Shown here piece after piece: positions 47,789-58,387 of a stretch of 64,000 bases of DNA (positions within the stretch are counted from its first letter, which is position 1; every line of letters starts with the position of its first letter). A program made the position numbers and the translations under genes. The notes under the pieces were generated by a model. That model had not been told where the DNA came from, did no database searches, and worked only from the letters and a program-made list of their open reading frames with translations. Source of the DNA: Candidatus Moraniibacteriota bacterium. GTDB taxonomy: Bacteria; Patescibacteriota; Minisyncoccia; Moranbacterales; UBA1568. The stretch lies in assembly GCA_043743535.1 (NCBI GenBank), contig JAYTWI010000009.1, positions 3,407 through 67,406 on the forward strand, given 5' to 3'.

Positions 47789-49888
47789 ATGGCTCGCAAG
47801 ACCCCTATCGATCATTATCGCAATATCGGTATCATTGCCCACATCGACGCCGGTAAGACTACGACTACCGAGCGTATTTTGTTTTACACTGGCATCACCC
47901 ACAAGATTGGCGAAGTGCACGAAGGGGCGGCTACTATGGACTGGATGGAACAGGAACGCGAGCGCGGTATCACTATCACATCCGCTGCTACCACCTGTTA
48001 CTGGAAGGGTCATCACATCAATATTATCGACACGCCCGGCCACGTGGACTTTACCGTGGAAGTAGAGCGTAGTTTACGGGTGCTCGACGGTGGGGTAGTG
48101 GTGTTCGATGGCAAGGAAGGTGTCGAACCGCAATCCGAAACCGTGTGGCGCCAAGCGGAAAAATACGCTGTGCCCCGAATGTGTTTTATCAACAAGATCG
48201 ACAAAGAAGGCGCCGTTTTCGAAGACGCTATTTCTTCTATTTGGAATCGCTTGACTCCGCATGCTGTGGCTATCCAGTACCCGATGGGACTACGTGGCGA
48301 TTTTTATGGGCTGATTGATTTGATGACGATGAAGGCCTACACTTTTGAGGGAGATATGGGTGAGAAAGTTATCGAAGGTGAAATCCCGGCCCAATATCTC
48401 GATAAGGCTAAGGAATGGCGCGAACGGATGGTAGAAAAGATCGCCGAAGTGGATGATGCTTTGACTGAGAAGTTTATCGGTGGAGAAGAAATTTCTGTTA
48501 CTGAATTGAAAAAAGTTTTGCGTCAGGCAACTATCGATGTGCGCCTGCATCCAGTGGTAACAGGTACCGCGCTTCGCAACAAAGGCGTGCAGTTGGTACT
48601 CGATGCAGTGGTGGACTATCTGCCGTCGCCTGTCGACATTCCGCCAGTTACTGGTATCGACCCGAAGACTGAAGAGGAAGTGGTGCGCGAAACACGCGAT
48701 GACGAAAAGTTTTCGGCGCTCGCCTTCAAGATTGCTACCGATCCGTTCGTGGGACAACTAACTTTTTTTCGTGTCTATTCCGGTACCGTCAAAGCTGGTT
48801 CGTATGTGCTCAACTCCACCAAGAATGAAAAGGAACGCATCGGCCGCATTCTCCGTATGCACGCCAACCATCGGGAAGAAATTGAAGAACTGACCGCCGG
48901 CGATATCGGTGCTTTGGTCGGGATGAAGGCTACCACCACAGGCAATACGCTCTGTGATTTGGATTTCCCCGTTATTCTCGAATCTATTACCTTTCCGGAA
49001 CCAGTGATCGATATTTCGGTCGAGCCGAAGACCAAGGCCGATCAGGAAAAGATGGGTATGGCATTGAAGAAACTTTTGGAAGAAGACCCAACCTTCCGCG
49101 TGCACACCGATGAGGAAACCGGCCAGACTATTATGTCGGGGATGGGCGAACTCCATCTCGATATTTTGGTTGACCGTATGCGGCGTGAATTCAAAGTGGA
49201 AGTAAATGTCGGTCGTCCCCAGGTAGCCTACCGTGAAACCATCCGCACGATGGCCGAAGCCGAAGGGAAGTATATCCGTCAATCGGGTGGTCGCGGCCAG
49301 TATGGGCATTGTTGGATTCGCCTGGAGCCGAATGAAGTGGGCAAGGGCTACGAATTCTTCGACGAAATCAAGGGTGGAGTTATTCCTCAGGAATTTATTA
49401 AGCCAATCAACAAGGGTATTGAGGAAGCCACAGAGACGGGCGTGCTCGCAGGCTACCCAGTGGTAGATATCAAAGCTACCGTCTACGATGGTTCGTATCA
49501 CGATGTCGACTCATCCGAAGCTGCTTTCAAGATTGCTGGCTCGCTCGCTTTTAAGGACGCTATGCGCCGAGCCAAACCGGTCATTCTGGAACCGATTATG
49601 AAAGTAGTAGTTATTACGCCAGAAAACTTTATGGGTGACATCGTCGGCGATCTTTCCGCTAAGCGTGGTGTGATCAAAGAAATGACGGCTCGTGGTGAAG
49701 GGGCAGCCCAGGTGAAAGAAATTCACGCTGAAGTGCCATTGTCTGCGATGTTTGGTTATGCCACTCAGATGCGTTCGATGTCACAGGGCCGAGCGAGCTA
49801 CTCGATGGAATTCGGTCACTATGCTGAAGTACCAAACAATGTGGCGACCGAAATCATGGGCACGCGAGCAGATGAGGCAGCCAAGTAA
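47789..49888 (+). CDS. fusA: elongation factor G
   Basis: [33 protein letters not shown], five-domain length; ATG 47789 chosen. Confidence 0.95.
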   Translation: MARKTPIDHYRNIGIIAHIDAGKTTTTERILFYTGITHKIGEVHEGAATMDWMEQERERGITITSAATTCYWKGHHINIIDTPGHVDFTVEVERSLRVLDGGVVVFDGKEGVEPQSETVWRQAEKYAVPRMCFINKIDKEGAVFEDAISSIWNRLTPHAVAIQYPMGLRGDFYGLIDLMTMKAYTFEGDMGEKVIEGEIPAQYLDKAKEWRERMVEKIAEVDDALTEKFIGGEEISVTELKKVLRQATIDVRLHPVVTGTALRNKGVQLVLDAVVDYLPSPVDIPPVTGIDPKTEEEVVRETRDDEKFSALAFKIATDPFVGQLTFFRVYSGTVKAGSYVLNSTKNEKERIGRILRMHANHREEIEELTAGDIGALVGMKATTTGNTLCDLDFPVILESITFPEPVIDISVEPKTKADQEKMGMALKKLLEEDPTFRVHTDEETGQTIMSGMGELHLDILVDRMRREFKVEVNVGRPQVAYRETIRTMAEAEGKYIRQSGGRGQYGHCWIRLEPNEVGKGYEFFDEIKGGVIPQEFIKPINKGIEEATETGVLAGYPVVDIKATVYDGSYHDVDSSEAAFKIAGSLAFKDAMRRAKPVILEPIMKVVVITPENFMGDIVGDLSAKRGVIKEMTARGEGAAQVKEIHAEVPLSAMFGYATQMRSMSQGRASYSMEFGHYAEVPNNVATEIMGTRADEAAK

Positions 49889-49929
49889 AATCGTTGAGAG
49901 GCGAAGAGTCATGAGTTACGTACGAAGTA

Positions 49930-49958
49930 GAAAACCAGCCACTCGGGCTGGTTTTTTT
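49930..49958 (+). terminator. rho-independent terminator after fusA
   Basis: AAAA-CCAGCC-ACTCG-GGCTGG-TTTTTTT. Confidence 0.8.
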
Positions 49959-49959
49959 G

Positions 49960-49988
49960 TTGACAGATTTTGAGAAAAGACTTATCAT
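49960..49988 (+). promoter_or_regulatory. sigma70 promoter TTGACA-17-TATCAT for inserted orphan gene
   Basis: TTGACA 49960-49965, TATCAT 49983-49988; AGGAGG RBS before ATG 50075. Confidence 0.6.
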
Positions 49989-50074
49989 AGCCAGTTATTT
50001 AAAAAACGGGATTAGCGACTATAATAGTTCCATTTTGTCCGTACACAATAGTGTAACCATTACAGGAGGTTGTC

Positions 50075-50614
50075 ATGAATCGCATTAGCACTCTGACCAT
50101 CAGTGAGAGAGTTTTTTCGTTTGACCTAGCTCAGGAATTTCAGAATCAATCTGGGCTGGTTGTACACGAGACCTTTTCTCAGCGGATTCTTTCGTCTCTT
50201 CAACCCGTTGAATTGACGGTGCAATGTCGGTATGAGGCCTTGCCATTGCGAAGCTGGCTTGGAAATCCGAGGTCATACCCAAGATCTCCCAAAAACCCCT
50301 TACCTAGATACGAACCGACCAGTGCTGAGATTTTCACTGATCTGTCGCCGAGAGATCAAGGAATGCTCGTGAAGGCAGAACACCTTGCGATACTCCTGTC
50401 GTTTCAGTTGAATGGACAAAGTGGAATATTGGCCACGACAGACAACCTCGCCACGCTCTGCTTTATGAGGGGGACGAACAATCAGGTTTTTCTGATCCGT
50501 GTTTTCTGGAACCAAGGGATGAAAAAGTGGTTCATACGGGCTTGGAGTTTCAAAGAGCGCATTGACCGTGGGTGGTCGAAAGCTAATCTGCTTCTCCTGC
50601 CGTTCAACTTCTAG
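50075..50614 (+). CDS. hypothetical protein inserted between fusA and tuf
   Basis: 179-aa ORF with own promoter, strong RBS (CAGGAGGTTGTCATG) and downstream terminator. Confidence 0.55.
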   Translation: MNRISTLTISERVFSFDLAQEFQNQSGLVVHETFSQRILSSLQPVELTVQCRYEALPLRSWLGNPRSYPRSPKNPLPRYEPTSAEIFTDLSPRDQGMLVKAEHLAILLSFQLNGQSGILATTDNLATLCFMRGTNNQVFLIRVFWNQGMKKWFIRAWSFKERIDRGWSKANLLLLPFNF

Positions 50615-50655
50615 ACCCACATCAGCTCTTGGTACTGTTCTCTGAAGTACACCCT

Positions 50656-50689
50656 CCCGCGTAGGTCATTGACCAATGCGGGTTTTTTT
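50656..50689 (+). terminator. rho-independent terminator (compound hairpin)
   Basis: CCCGC-gtaGGTCAtTGACCaat-GCGGG + TTTTTTT. Confidence 0.65.
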
Positions 50690-50768
50690 ATTACCAAACG
50701 AAGCAGCTGAAACAAAAGTGTACTTTTGTTTCAGAACGAGTACCAATAAAATCAGGTGAATACCCTCC
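50684..50768 (-). repeat. intergenic repeat family copy 5 (reverse orientation)
   Basis: plus strand TTTTTATTACCAAACGAAGCAGCTGAAACAAAAGTGTACTTTTGTTTCAGAACGAGTACCAATAAAATCAGGTGAATACCCTCC. Confidence 0.85.
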
Positions 50769-50949
50769 CACGGCTTGCTAAGGAAAGAGGCGAACACTAG
50801 CTTGCTTTGAGTCCAGAGTTTATCCTGGGGTGAGTACCTGTTACTTCTGAAAATAGTTGAAATAAGGGAAAATGATGGCTTAACCCAGTTAGAGGAAAGT
50901 CACTGCTAGTGACCGAAGTCGCGCCAAAGGCGCAGCGTTCTCTCACGGG

Positions 50950-50978
50950 GTTGACAGAAATTGAGTGAGTTGATATCA
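50950..50978 (+). promoter_or_regulatory. sigma70 promoter TTGACA-17-TATCAT upstream of tuf (~100-nt leader)
   Basis: TTGACA 50950-50955, TATCAT 50973-50978. Confidence 0.6.
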
Positions 50979-51081
50979 TAGCAATTGACGCTTTTCGTGA
51001 GCAATTTTTTGTTTTTAGGAACAGAGAACCTCGCCAAAAGAGAGTAAAATAAGAGACTATTAATTTGTTTACTTTAAGGTT

Positions 51082-52275
51082 ATGGCAGTAGAGCAATTCA
51101 ACCGTAATAAGCCGCATGTCAACGTCGGCACCATCGGCCACGTCGACCACGGAAAAACGACTCTGACCGCTGCTATCTTGCACGTCCTTTCGATGAAAGG
51201 CTTTGCCAAGGAAAAAAGCGTGGACGAGATCGACAAAGCGCCAGAAGAGCGCGAGCGTGGTATTACTATCTCGACCTCGCACTGTGAGTACGAGTCTGAC
51301 GCTCGGCACTACGCCCACGTTGACTGTCCTGGTCACGCTGACTATATCAAGAACATGATTACGGGCGCCGCCCAGATGGATGGTGCTATTCTCGTTGTTT
51401 CTGCTACTGACGGCCCGATGCCTCAGACTCGCGAGCACATTCTTTTGGCTCGTCAGGTGGGGGTGCCAGCTATTGTCGTGTTTTTGAACAAGGTAGATAT
51501 GGTGGATGACGCAGAATTGATTGACCTGGTAGAAGCTGAAGTGCGTGAACTCCTCTCCAAATACGAATTTGACGGTGACAATGTCGCTATCATCCGCGGG
51601 AGCGCTCTTAAGGCTTTGAATGCCAAGACGATTGATGATGCTGACGCCAAGCCAATTCTTGACCTGATGATCGCTTTAGACACCAAGATCCCGCAGCCGG
51701 TGCGTGATCTCGACAAGCCGTTCCTGATGCCAATTGAAGACATTTTCTCGATTGAAGGTCGTGGAACGGTAGTGACTGGCCGTATTGAACGCGGTATCGT
51801 CAATATCAACGAAGAAGTAGAAATCGTCGGTATCCGTGACACTGCCAAGACGGTGGTGACCGGTATCGAAATGTTCAACAAGCAGCTTGACAAAGGTACC
51901 GCTGGTGACAATGCTGGACTCCTTATTCGTGGCGTCAAGAAGGAGGATGTCGAGCGCGGTCAGGTTTTGGCCAAGCCGGGATCGATTACGCCGCATACTG
52001 AATTCGATAGCGAGGTCTACGTTCTCTCCAAAGAGGAAGGTGGTCGTCACACTCCGTTCTTCAAGGGCTACAAGCCTCAGTTCTATATTCGTACCACTGA
52101 CGTGACTGGGGAAGTAGAATTGCCAGAAGGGACTGAAATGGTGATGCCTGGAGACACCGTGAAACTGAAAGTCAAATTGTTGGCTCCAGTGGCTATGGAA
52201 GAAGGAATGCGCTTCGCTATTCGCGAAGGTGGCCGGACCGTAGGGGCTGGTGTCGCAACCAAGATTATCAAATAA
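51082..52275 (+). CDS. tuf: elongation factor Tu
   Basis: [33 protein letters not shown], full 397 aa. Confidence 0.97.
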   Translation: MAVEQFNRNKPHVNVGTIGHVDHGKTTLTAAILHVLSMKGFAKEKSVDEIDKAPEERERGITISTSHCEYESDARHYAHVDCPGHADYIKNMITGAAQMDGAILVVSATDGPMPQTREHILLARQVGVPAIVVFLNKVDMVDDAELIDLVEAEVRELLSKYEFDGDNVAIIRGSALKALNAKTIDDADAKPILDLMIALDTKIPQPVRDLDKPFLMPIEDIFSIEGRGTVVTGRIERGIVNINEEVEIVGIRDTAKTVVTGIEMFNKQLDKGTAGDNAGLLIRGVKKEDVERGQVLAKPGSITPHTEFDSEVYVLSKEEGGRHTPFFKGYKPQFYIRTTDVTGEVELPEGTEMVMPGDTVKLKVKLLAPVAMEEGMRFAIREGGRTVGAGVATKIIK

Positions 52276-52357
52276 GAGGTCAAAGGATCTCTTGCTCGAG
52301 ACAACTCCAGTGGAGAGTAACCTGACCAATCAGGCGGTTACTCCCACGAGAGTTCTC

Positions 52358-52386
52358 TTGATAAAAGGGAATAACTGTTGTACAAT
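52358..52386 (+). promoter_or_regulatory. sigma70 promoter TTGATA-17-TACAAT for the S10 operon
   Basis: TTGATA 52358-52363, TACAAT 52381-52386; preceded by GAGTAACC...GGTTACTC inverted repeat. Confidence 0.6.
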
Positions 52387-52393
52387 TGACACA

Positions 52394-52720
52394 ATGAAAA
52401 AGACAGAAACGACGCAGAACCTGCGTGTCAGGATCAAAATCAAGGCGTACGATCACAAGGTGATTGATCAGTCAGCGCGGAAGATTGTCGAAACAGCTGA
52501 ACGAACCGGTGCTCTTATTACTGGTCCCGTGCCACTGCCGACAGAAATCCATAAAGTGACGGTCAATCGTTCAACTTTTGTACACAAGAATTCTCGGGAT
52601 CAGTTCGAGATGCGAGTGCACAAGCGTTTGATCGACATCATGAATCCAACCGCCAAAACCATCGACAGTCTGACGAATTTGGACCTGCCGGCAGGAGTGG
52701 ATGTGGAAATCAAGATGTAA
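52394..52720 (+). CDS. rpsJ: 30S ribosomal protein S10
   Basis: [43 protein letters not shown]. Confidence 0.9.
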   Translation: MKKTETTQNLRVRIKIKAYDHKVIDQSARKIVETAERTGALITGPVPLPTEIHKVTVNRSTFVHKNSRDQFEMRVHKRLIDIMNPTAKTIDSLTNLDLPAGVDVEIKM

Positions 52721-52864
52721 AGAAAAACAGTCGTCGTTCAAGTCTCTCTTCTTTGACTAATACCAGGTGAGAAGGTGAGATACTAAGCGATCCAATGTTT
52801 CATAGGATGAAACTGGCTAGCTTACAGACCAGTTTTTTGTTTGTAAAGAATTGAAAGCACAGCA

Positions 52865-53485
52865 ATGAAATTCATTATCGGAAAAAAATTGGGGATGACG
52901 ACGCTCTTTGATGAAACCAAAGGAGCGGTGAATATTACCTTGATCAGCTGCGATCCTAACAAGGTGGTGCTCAATCGTACTTTAGAAAAAGATGGTTATT
53001 TGGCCGTCCAGGTGGAGACCCAAAAGACGGTCAAAAAAACAATTCGTAAAGAGTTCCGTGTTGATCGTGCGGTGACCAAGGGAACTCGGGCGGAGGCTCT
53101 GGCCGAATTGGCCAAGGAATTGGCCAAGTTTCCCGTTGCTACAGAACTGACGGTGGAAATATTTACCATTGGGGAAAAGGTCAACATTGCTGGCATCACC
53201 AAGTCCAAGGGTTTTCAGGGAGTGGTCAAGCGGCACGGTTTTGCCGGTGGCCGTGGCAGTCATGGTGGCAAGCACGATTTGCGCAAGCCTGGTTCTATTG
53301 GTGCGACTTTCCCAGAACACGTCGTCAAGGGTCGTCGGATGGCTGGCCGAATGGGCGGAGAAAATATGACCGCGCTTAACCTGACCGTTTCCTATATTGA
53401 TGTTACCAAGGGTTTGATCGGAGTGAAGGGTGCGGTGCCAGGTGTCAATGGCCGCATCGTCAAAGTGATGAGTGTCAACGAATAG
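52865..53485 (+). CDS. rplC: 50S ribosomal protein L3
   Basis: MKFIIGKKLGMTTLFDE..., GVVKRHGFAGGRGSHGGKH. Confidence 0.9.
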   Translation: MKFIIGKKLGMTTLFDETKGAVNITLISCDPNKVVLNRTLEKDGYLAVQVETQKTVKKTIRKEFRVDRAVTKGTRAEALAELAKELAKFPVATELTVEIFTIGEKVNIAGITKSKGFQGVVKRHGFAGGRGSHGGKHDLRKPGSIGATFPEHVVKGRRMAGRMGGENMTALNLTVSYIDVTKGLIGVKGAVPGVNGRIVKVMSVNE

Positions 53486-53495
53486 AATACTATAT

Positions 53496-54149
53496 ATGCT
53501 TAAGGTGACTGTCAAAAACACGGCTGGGAAAGATGTGAAAGAGCTCGCTCTGAAAGAATCTGTTTTCGGTTTGCCTGGGAATGACACATTACTCCACCAG
53601 ATTTATGTGGCTCTCCAGGCCAACAAACGGGTGGCGATTGCTCATACCAAAGATCGTGGTGAGCGTTCTGGTTCCGGTATCAAGCCGTGGCGCCAGAAAG
53701 GAACGGGTCGCGCGCGAGCCGGTGCAACACGCAGTCCTTTGTGGCGCAAGGGTGGGATCACCTTTGGTCCGACTAAAGATCGCAATTTTTCTAAGAATAC
53801 GAACGCCAAAATGCGACAGAAAGCCGTGATGATTGCGCTTTCAGAAAAAGTCCGGGCTGGTAAGCTCTTGGTACTTGATGTTCTGACCTATCCGGAAAAG
53901 AAGACAAAATTATTTGCTCAGACGTTGAAGGACCTTTCTATCACGGGCAAGAGTCTGACAATGGCCTTCGCTTTGGAAGAGTTTGCTCTGACGCAAGTGT
54001 CACGCAACATTCCGAAGATCAAAAATACCTTGGCTGAAAACCTCAACGTAGTAGAATTGCTCGACCATGAATACCTGCTTATGACTGAGGCTGGGGTGAA
54101 AGTTTTGGAAAAGCGTTTTGTGAAGTGGGAGAAAATTGATCAGAAATAA
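53496..54149 (+). CDS. rplD: 50S ribosomal protein L4
   Basis: KPWRQKGTGRARAGATRSPLWRKGG. Confidence 0.9.
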   Translation: MLKVTVKNTAGKDVKELALKESVFGLPGNDTLLHQIYVALQANKRVAIAHTKDRGERSGSGIKPWRQKGTGRARAGATRSPLWRKGGITFGPTKDRNFSKNTNAKMRQKAVMIALSEKVRAGKLLVLDVLTYPEKKTKLFAQTLKDLSITGKSLTMAFALEEFALTQVSRNIPKIKNTLAENLNVVELLDHEYLLMTEAGVKVLEKRFVKWEKIDQK

Positions 54150-54151
54150 TT

Positions 54152-54511
54152 ATGGCTCTTTTTGAGAAGACAATTACCGAAAAGAAAACGCTTAGGGCAT
54201 TGACCGCCAAGGAGAGTCCTTTGGCCGCGCGCGTCCTGTCCCGTCCCCGTATTACGGAAAAGGCCTATGCTTTAAACTCTCTCAACCAGTTCGTGTTTGA
54301 AGTGACCAAGACTTCCACTAAAAAATCAGTCAAACGAGCAGTGGAAGAAGCCTATGGGGTGAATGTGGTAGCGGTCAATATCATCCGTTTACCATCCAAG
54401 AAACGTATTTCAGGCAAGAATCGTACGGTAGGTTTCAAGAGTTCTCTCAAGAAAGCGATAGTAAGCGTGGCAAAAGGACAGACGATTGAATTATTCAAAG
54501 GCGGAATCTAA
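54152..54511 (+). CDS. rplW: 50S ribosomal protein L23
   Basis: position and KAYALNSLNQFVFEVTKTSTKKSVKRAVEEAYGVNVVAVNI. Confidence 0.85.
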   Translation: MALFEKTITEKKTLRALTAKESPLAARVLSRPRITEKAYALNSLNQFVFEVTKTSTKKSVKRAVEEAYGVNVVAVNIIRLPSKKRISGKNRTVGFKSSLKKAIVSVAKGQTIELFKGGI

Positions 54512-54514
54512 GCT

Positions 54515-55342
54515 ATGGCCATCAAGATCTACAAAAAGAATAATGCTGGGCGTCGCAATATGTCGATTGTGAAGCCAGAAGGAGTCACGGACAAAGCGCC
54601 GGAGAAGTCTCTTTTGGCGAAGTACAAGAAGCACGCGGGTCGTTCTAAGGGGAAGATCTCGGTTCGTCATCAAGGTGGCGGTGCTAAGCGTCGCTATCGA
54701 ATCGTTGATTTTCGTCAGGACAAGTTGGGTGTGCCTGGTCGGATTGCTGCTTTGGAAAAGGATCCGAACCGTTCCTCTTTGATTGCTTTGGTGTTTTATC
54801 GTGATGGCGAGAAGCGCTATGTTTTGGCCACGGATGGTATGAAGACCGGCCAAGAAATTGTTTCGGGGGAAAGTGTCCCGGTGTTGAACGGCAATCGCAT
54901 GCTTTTGAAAAATATTCCTGTTGGCACCACTATTTGTAATATTGAAATGAAGATTGGCAAGGGCGGCCAAATGGTGCGGAGTGCTGGTAGTCAAGCGACC
55001 CTCATGGCACTCGATGGCGCGATGGCTCAAATCAAACTTTCTTCTGGAGAAATCCGCTTGATCAGCAAGGAATGTTATGCTACCTTGGGTCAGGTCAGCA
55101 ACTTTGAACACAGCGCTGAACGTATCGGTAAAGCCGGTCGCTCTCGCCATATGAATCGTCGGCCGCATGTCCGTGGTAGCGCTATGAACCCAGTGGATCA
55201 TCCACACGGTGGTGGTGAAGGTCGCCAGCCAATCGGGATGCATCCGAAGACGCCATGGGGCAAGCCAGCGTTGGGGAAAAAGACCCGTAAACGTAAGAAG
55301 GACAGTAACAAATACATCGTCAAGCGCCGCACCAAGAAATAA
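54515..55342 (+). CDS. rplB: 50S ribosomal protein L2
   Basis: RNMSIVKPEG...HQGGGAKRRYRIVDF..., GRSRHMNRRPHVRGSAMNPVDHPHGGGEG. Confidence 0.95.
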   Translation: MAIKIYKKNNAGRRNMSIVKPEGVTDKAPEKSLLAKYKKHAGRSKGKISVRHQGGGAKRRYRIVDFRQDKLGVPGRIAALEKDPNRSSLIALVFYRDGEKRYVLATDGMKTGQEIVSGESVPVLNGNRMLLKNIPVGTTICNIEMKIGKGGQMVRSAGSQATLMALDGAMAQIKLSSGEIRLISKECYATLGQVSNFEHSAERIGKAGRSRHMNRRPHVRGSAMNPVDHPHGGGEGRQPIGMHPKTPWGKPALGKKTRKRKKDSNKYIVKRRTKK

Positions 55343-55376
55343 TGAATAACGAACGAAAGTCCTAAGTCAAACCCCT

Positions 55377-55730
55377 ATGTCACGAAGTCTCAAAAAAGGT
55401 CCATACGTCGATCCCCGAGTTTTGAAAAAGATCGAGGGAAAGAAATTGGGTGATCGCGAAGTCATTAAGACATGGTCGCGCGCTTGTGTCATCTCGCCTG
55501 AGATGGTAGGGTTCACTTTCGGCGTACATAATGGCAAAATTTTCATTCCTGTTTTTGCGACCGAAGAAATGGTGGGTCATCGTCTGGGAGAGTTCTCCCC
55601 GACTCGTACCTTTCGTCGACACGGTGGCAAGATGCAGAAAGAAATTGAAATTGCCTCCAAGCAACGTGACTTGGATGCCGCTAAGGCCGCCAAATCAGCT
55701 ACTGCCGCTCCTACCGCCAAGAAGAAATAA
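55377..55730 (+). CDS. rpsS: 30S ribosomal protein S19 with Ala/Lys-rich C-terminal tail
   Basis: [20 protein letters not shown]...[18 protein letters not shown]. Confidence 0.9.
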   Translation: MSRSLKKGPYVDPRVLKKIEGKKLGDREVIKTWSRACVISPEMVGFTFGVHNGKIFIPVFATEEMVGHRLGEFSPTRTFRRHGGKMQKEIEIASKQRDLDAAKAAKSATAAPTAKKK

Positions 55731-55743
55731 CCTTTATGAAAAT

Positions 55744-55812
55744 GTTTTTTCCAGCACTCCATTCGGAATCAAAAATAAATTTTCGTTTCGCTCACTCCGT
55801 TTGGAAATAACC
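55744..55812 (+). repeat. intergenic repeat family copy 6 (degenerate) between rpsS and rplV
   Basis: TTTTTTCCAGCACTCCATTCGGAATCAAAAATAAATTTTCGTTTCGCTCACTCCGTTTGGAAATAACC vs consensus GATTTTACCAGCACTCGCTCGGAAAC...GTTTCACTCGCTTCGTTTGGTAATAA. Confidence 0.6.
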
Positions 55813-55818
55813 TGACTT

Positions 55819-56346
55819 ATGAAAGTACACGCTAGCCTCAACAACTTAAGAATTTCTCCTCGCAAGGTTCGTCTCGTGACGCATGCTTTGATTGGCGTAG
55901 ATACCCGCGAAGCAGTGGTACAGCTGTCTAAGATGGTGAAAAAGTCTTCTGATCCGCTCTTAGTGCTTTTGAAGAGTGCTATCGCCAATGCCAGCAACAA
56001 CTTCGGTTTGGCGGAGGATAATCTCTACATCTACGCTATCAATGTCGGTGATGGGTTGCGTCTTGAGCGCTGGTTGCCACGGGCTTTTGGCCGAGCGACC
56101 CCTTTGATACGGCGTGGTTCCAATGTGAAAGTTATTTTGGAAGAAAGGATTGAGGGGAAGGATCGTACGACGAAGAAAGAGCCAGTGGCGAAAGCCGTGT
56201 TGAACGAAATAATTCCGGAAGAAGGGGAAGAAGAAAAGAAAGCAAAAGTGACGACGAGGACAGATGTGCGCAAGGACACTTCGCGAGGCATTCAAGCGAG
56301 TGGAACGAAAGCGGTCAAAAAGATGTTTCAACGAAAATCCTCATAA
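55819..56346 (+). CDS. rplV: 50S ribosomal protein L22 with ~60-aa Lys/Glu-rich C-terminal extension
   Basis: MKVHASLNNLRISPRKVRLVTHALIG... core then KDRTTKKEPVAKAVLNEIIPEEGEEEKKAKV tail. Confidence 0.9.
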   Translation: MKVHASLNNLRISPRKVRLVTHALIGVDTREAVVQLSKMVKKSSDPLLVLLKSAIANASNNFGLAEDNLYIYAINVGDGLRLERWLPRAFGRATPLIRRGSNVKVILEERIEGKDRTTKKEPVAKAVLNEIIPEEGEEEKKAKVTTRTDVRKDTSRGIQASGTKAVKKMFQRKSS

Positions 56347-56362
56347 CGAATAGCTAAAAAAT

Positions 56363-57022
56363 ATGGGCAATAAAGTCAACCCAACAGGCATCCGCCTCGG
56401 TATTACTACCACCTGGCAATCACGCTGGTTTAGTAGTAAGAAACAATATCGTGAGCAACTGCGAAAGGATATCGAAATCCGCCAGTTCGTCGTGGAGAAA
56501 TGGAAGGCGGCGGCTATTGCCAGTGTCGGGGTAGAGCGATCAGCCAATGCGGTGCGTTTGATCATTCATACGTCCCGTCCTGGAGTACTCATTGGTCGCG
56601 GAGGAACGGGTATCGAAGACCTGACTCGCGTTATCAAAAAGCGTTTTTTTGCGGGTAAGAAAGTGGAATTGAAAGTGGAAGTCCAAGAGATCAAGAATGC
56701 TGAGACTAATGCCGTATTGGTTGGTCAGCAGGTGGCCGAACAGCTGGAGAAGCGCTTGCCCTTCCGGCGTGTATTGAAGGGTATGCTTGACCAGGTGGAA
56801 GCTAACAAGACGATTCAGGGAGTGAAAATTGAAATCTCTGGCCGTCTCGGTGGTGCTGAAATGTCGCGACGTGAATGGTTATCACGTGGTAAAATCCCTC
56901 TTCATACGCTTCGCGCTGATATTGATTTCGCTCGCACTGAGGCAAGGACGACCTACGGCGTCATCGGAGTGAAAACCTGGATTTACAAAGGAGAGAAATT
57001 TACTCCGCAAAGTGGAGAATAA
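56363..57022 (+). CDS. rpsC: 30S ribosomal protein S3
   Basis: MGNKVNPTGIRLGITTTWQSRWF, KH domain GRGGTGIEDL. Confidence 0.9.
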   Translation: MGNKVNPTGIRLGITTTWQSRWFSSKKQYREQLRKDIEIRQFVVEKWKAAAIASVGVERSANAVRLIIHTSRPGVLIGRGGTGIEDLTRVIKKRFFAGKKVELKVEVQEIKNAETNAVLVGQQVAEQLEKRLPFRRVLKGMLDQVEANKTIQGVKIEISGRLGGAEMSRREWLSRGKIPLHTLRADIDFARTEARTTYGVIGVKTWIYKGEKFTPQSGE

Positions 57023-57031
57023 TATACGCCT

Positions 57032-57445
57032 ATGCTGCTAATGCCAAGAAAAGTGAAGCACCGCAAGGTCCAGCGCGGTGGTTGGTCCGGGAAACCTGCC
57101 ACCTCTGGGACGAAAGTGAGCTTTGGAAGCTTCGGATTGAAGGTAATGGAAGAGGGTCTCATCACCGCTCGCCAGATCGAATCAGCCAGGCGCGCCATGA
57201 CTCGCTCAATCCAGCGCGGTGGCAAAGTGTGGATCCGTATTTTCCCTGACAAACCAATGACTAAGAAGGGTGAACAGACCCCAATGGGTAAAGGCAAGGG
57301 AAGCGTTGACCACTTTGTAGCCAAGGTGCGAGCAGGCAAAGTACTCTTCGAGCTCGATGGTATTCCGAAGAAAGCAGCTGAAGAAGCAATGCGTCTGGCC
57401 GCTCATAAGTTAGCTGTTAAGACCAAATTTGTCACCAAAGAGTAG
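57032..57445 (+). CDS. rplP: 50S ribosomal protein L16
   Basis: [16 protein letters not shown]...[14 protein letters not shown]. Confidence 0.9.
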   Translation: MLLMPRKVKHRKVQRGGWSGKPATSGTKVSFGSFGLKVMEEGLITARQIESARRAMTRSIQRGGKVWIRIFPDKPMTKKGEQTPMGKGKGSVDHFVAKVRAGKVLFELDGIPKKAAEEAMRLAAHKLAVKTKFVTKE

Positions 57446-57469
57446 TTTTATCCACGTTTCGAAGAGTTT

Positions 57470-57703
57470 ATGAAAGCAAAAGAATGGCGGGAAAAATCGA
57501 GTGCCGAGCGTGGGAAAGCACTTTCGGAGTTGCAAGACAAAGTGCGCAAGCTGCGTTTTGATCTGGCTACCAAAGAAGCCAAACACCACGGTCTATACGC
57601 CAAAATGAAAAAGGATATTGCTCGTCTCCTCACACTAAGAGAAGAAGGAGAGATGGAGGCAGCGGTGGCAGAGGATAACGTTGTCGAAGAAACGTCAAAC
57701 TAA
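57470..57703 (+). CDS. rpmC: 50S ribosomal protein L29
   Basis: position between rplP and rpsQ; ELQDKVRKLRFDLATKEAK coiled helix. Confidence 0.8.
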   Translation: MKAKEWREKSSAERGKALSELQDKVRKLRFDLATKEAKHHGLYAKMKKDIARLLTLREEGEMEAAVAEDNVVEETSN

Positions 57704-57712
57704 AGATATTTT

Positions 57713-57979
57713 ATGAAGACAGTAGCAATCACAATTGAGAAAGTGACCAAAGCACCAAAAATGAAGGGTGTGGTGGTGAGTACGAAGATGGCGAAGACTA
57801 TCGTGGTCAACGTGGATACGCTCAAAACTCATCCGAAGTATCAGAAGCAGTACCGTTCTTCCAAGAAGTATCAGGTTCACGTCGAGGAAAGTAGTAAGTA
57901 TGTCATAGGCGATGTCGTGGTGTTCCAAGAATGTCGGCCTATTAGCCGACACAAGCGTCACACGGTCGCTCGTCAATAG
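57713..57979 (+). CDS. rpsQ: 30S ribosomal protein S17
   Basis: KGVVVSTKMAKTIVVNVDTLKTHPKYQKQYRSSKKYQVHVEES. Confidence 0.9.
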   Translation: MKTVAITIEKVTKAPKMKGVVVSTKMAKTIVVNVDTLKTHPKYQKQYRSSKKYQVHVEESSKYVIGDVVVFQECRPISRHKRHTVARQ

Positions 57980-58000
57980 ATTTTTTCATAAAGTGCTCCT

Positions 58001-58372
58001 ATGATCCAAGCAGAATCCAGATTAAAAGTCGCAGACAACACCGGTGCCAAAATCATCGAATGTTTCAAAGTGCTCGGTGGGACGCGTCGTCGCTATGCGG
58101 CTCTGGGTGACATTGTGGTTGCTTCGGTCAAACAGGCTGAACCACGTGGGATGGTCAAAAAAGGAGAGAAGGTGAGAGCGGTTATTGTCAGACAGGCCAA
58201 GGAATATCGCCGTAAGGATAATTCTTATATCCGTTTTGATGAAAATGCCGCGGTTATCCTTGATACCAACTTGATTGACCCCAAAGGAACGCGTATTTTT
58301 GGCCCGGTAGCTCGGGAACTCCGTGAAAAGGGATTCTCCAAGATTGTTTCACTGGCTCCCGAAGTTTTGTAA
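58001..58372 (+). CDS. rplN: 50S ribosomal protein L14
   Basis: [27 protein letters not shown]. Confidence 0.95.
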   Translation: MIQAESRLKVADNTGAKIIECFKVLGGTRRRYAALGDIVVASVKQAEPRGMVKKGEKVRAVIVRQAKEYRRKDNSYIRFDENAAVILDTNLIDPKGTRIFGPVARELREKGFSKIVSLAPEVL

Positions 58373-58387
58373 ACAATTCAAAATGTT

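Noticed and set aside
48758-49501. 247-aa minus-strand ORF
   Set aside because: It is antisense inside fusA. It is spurious.
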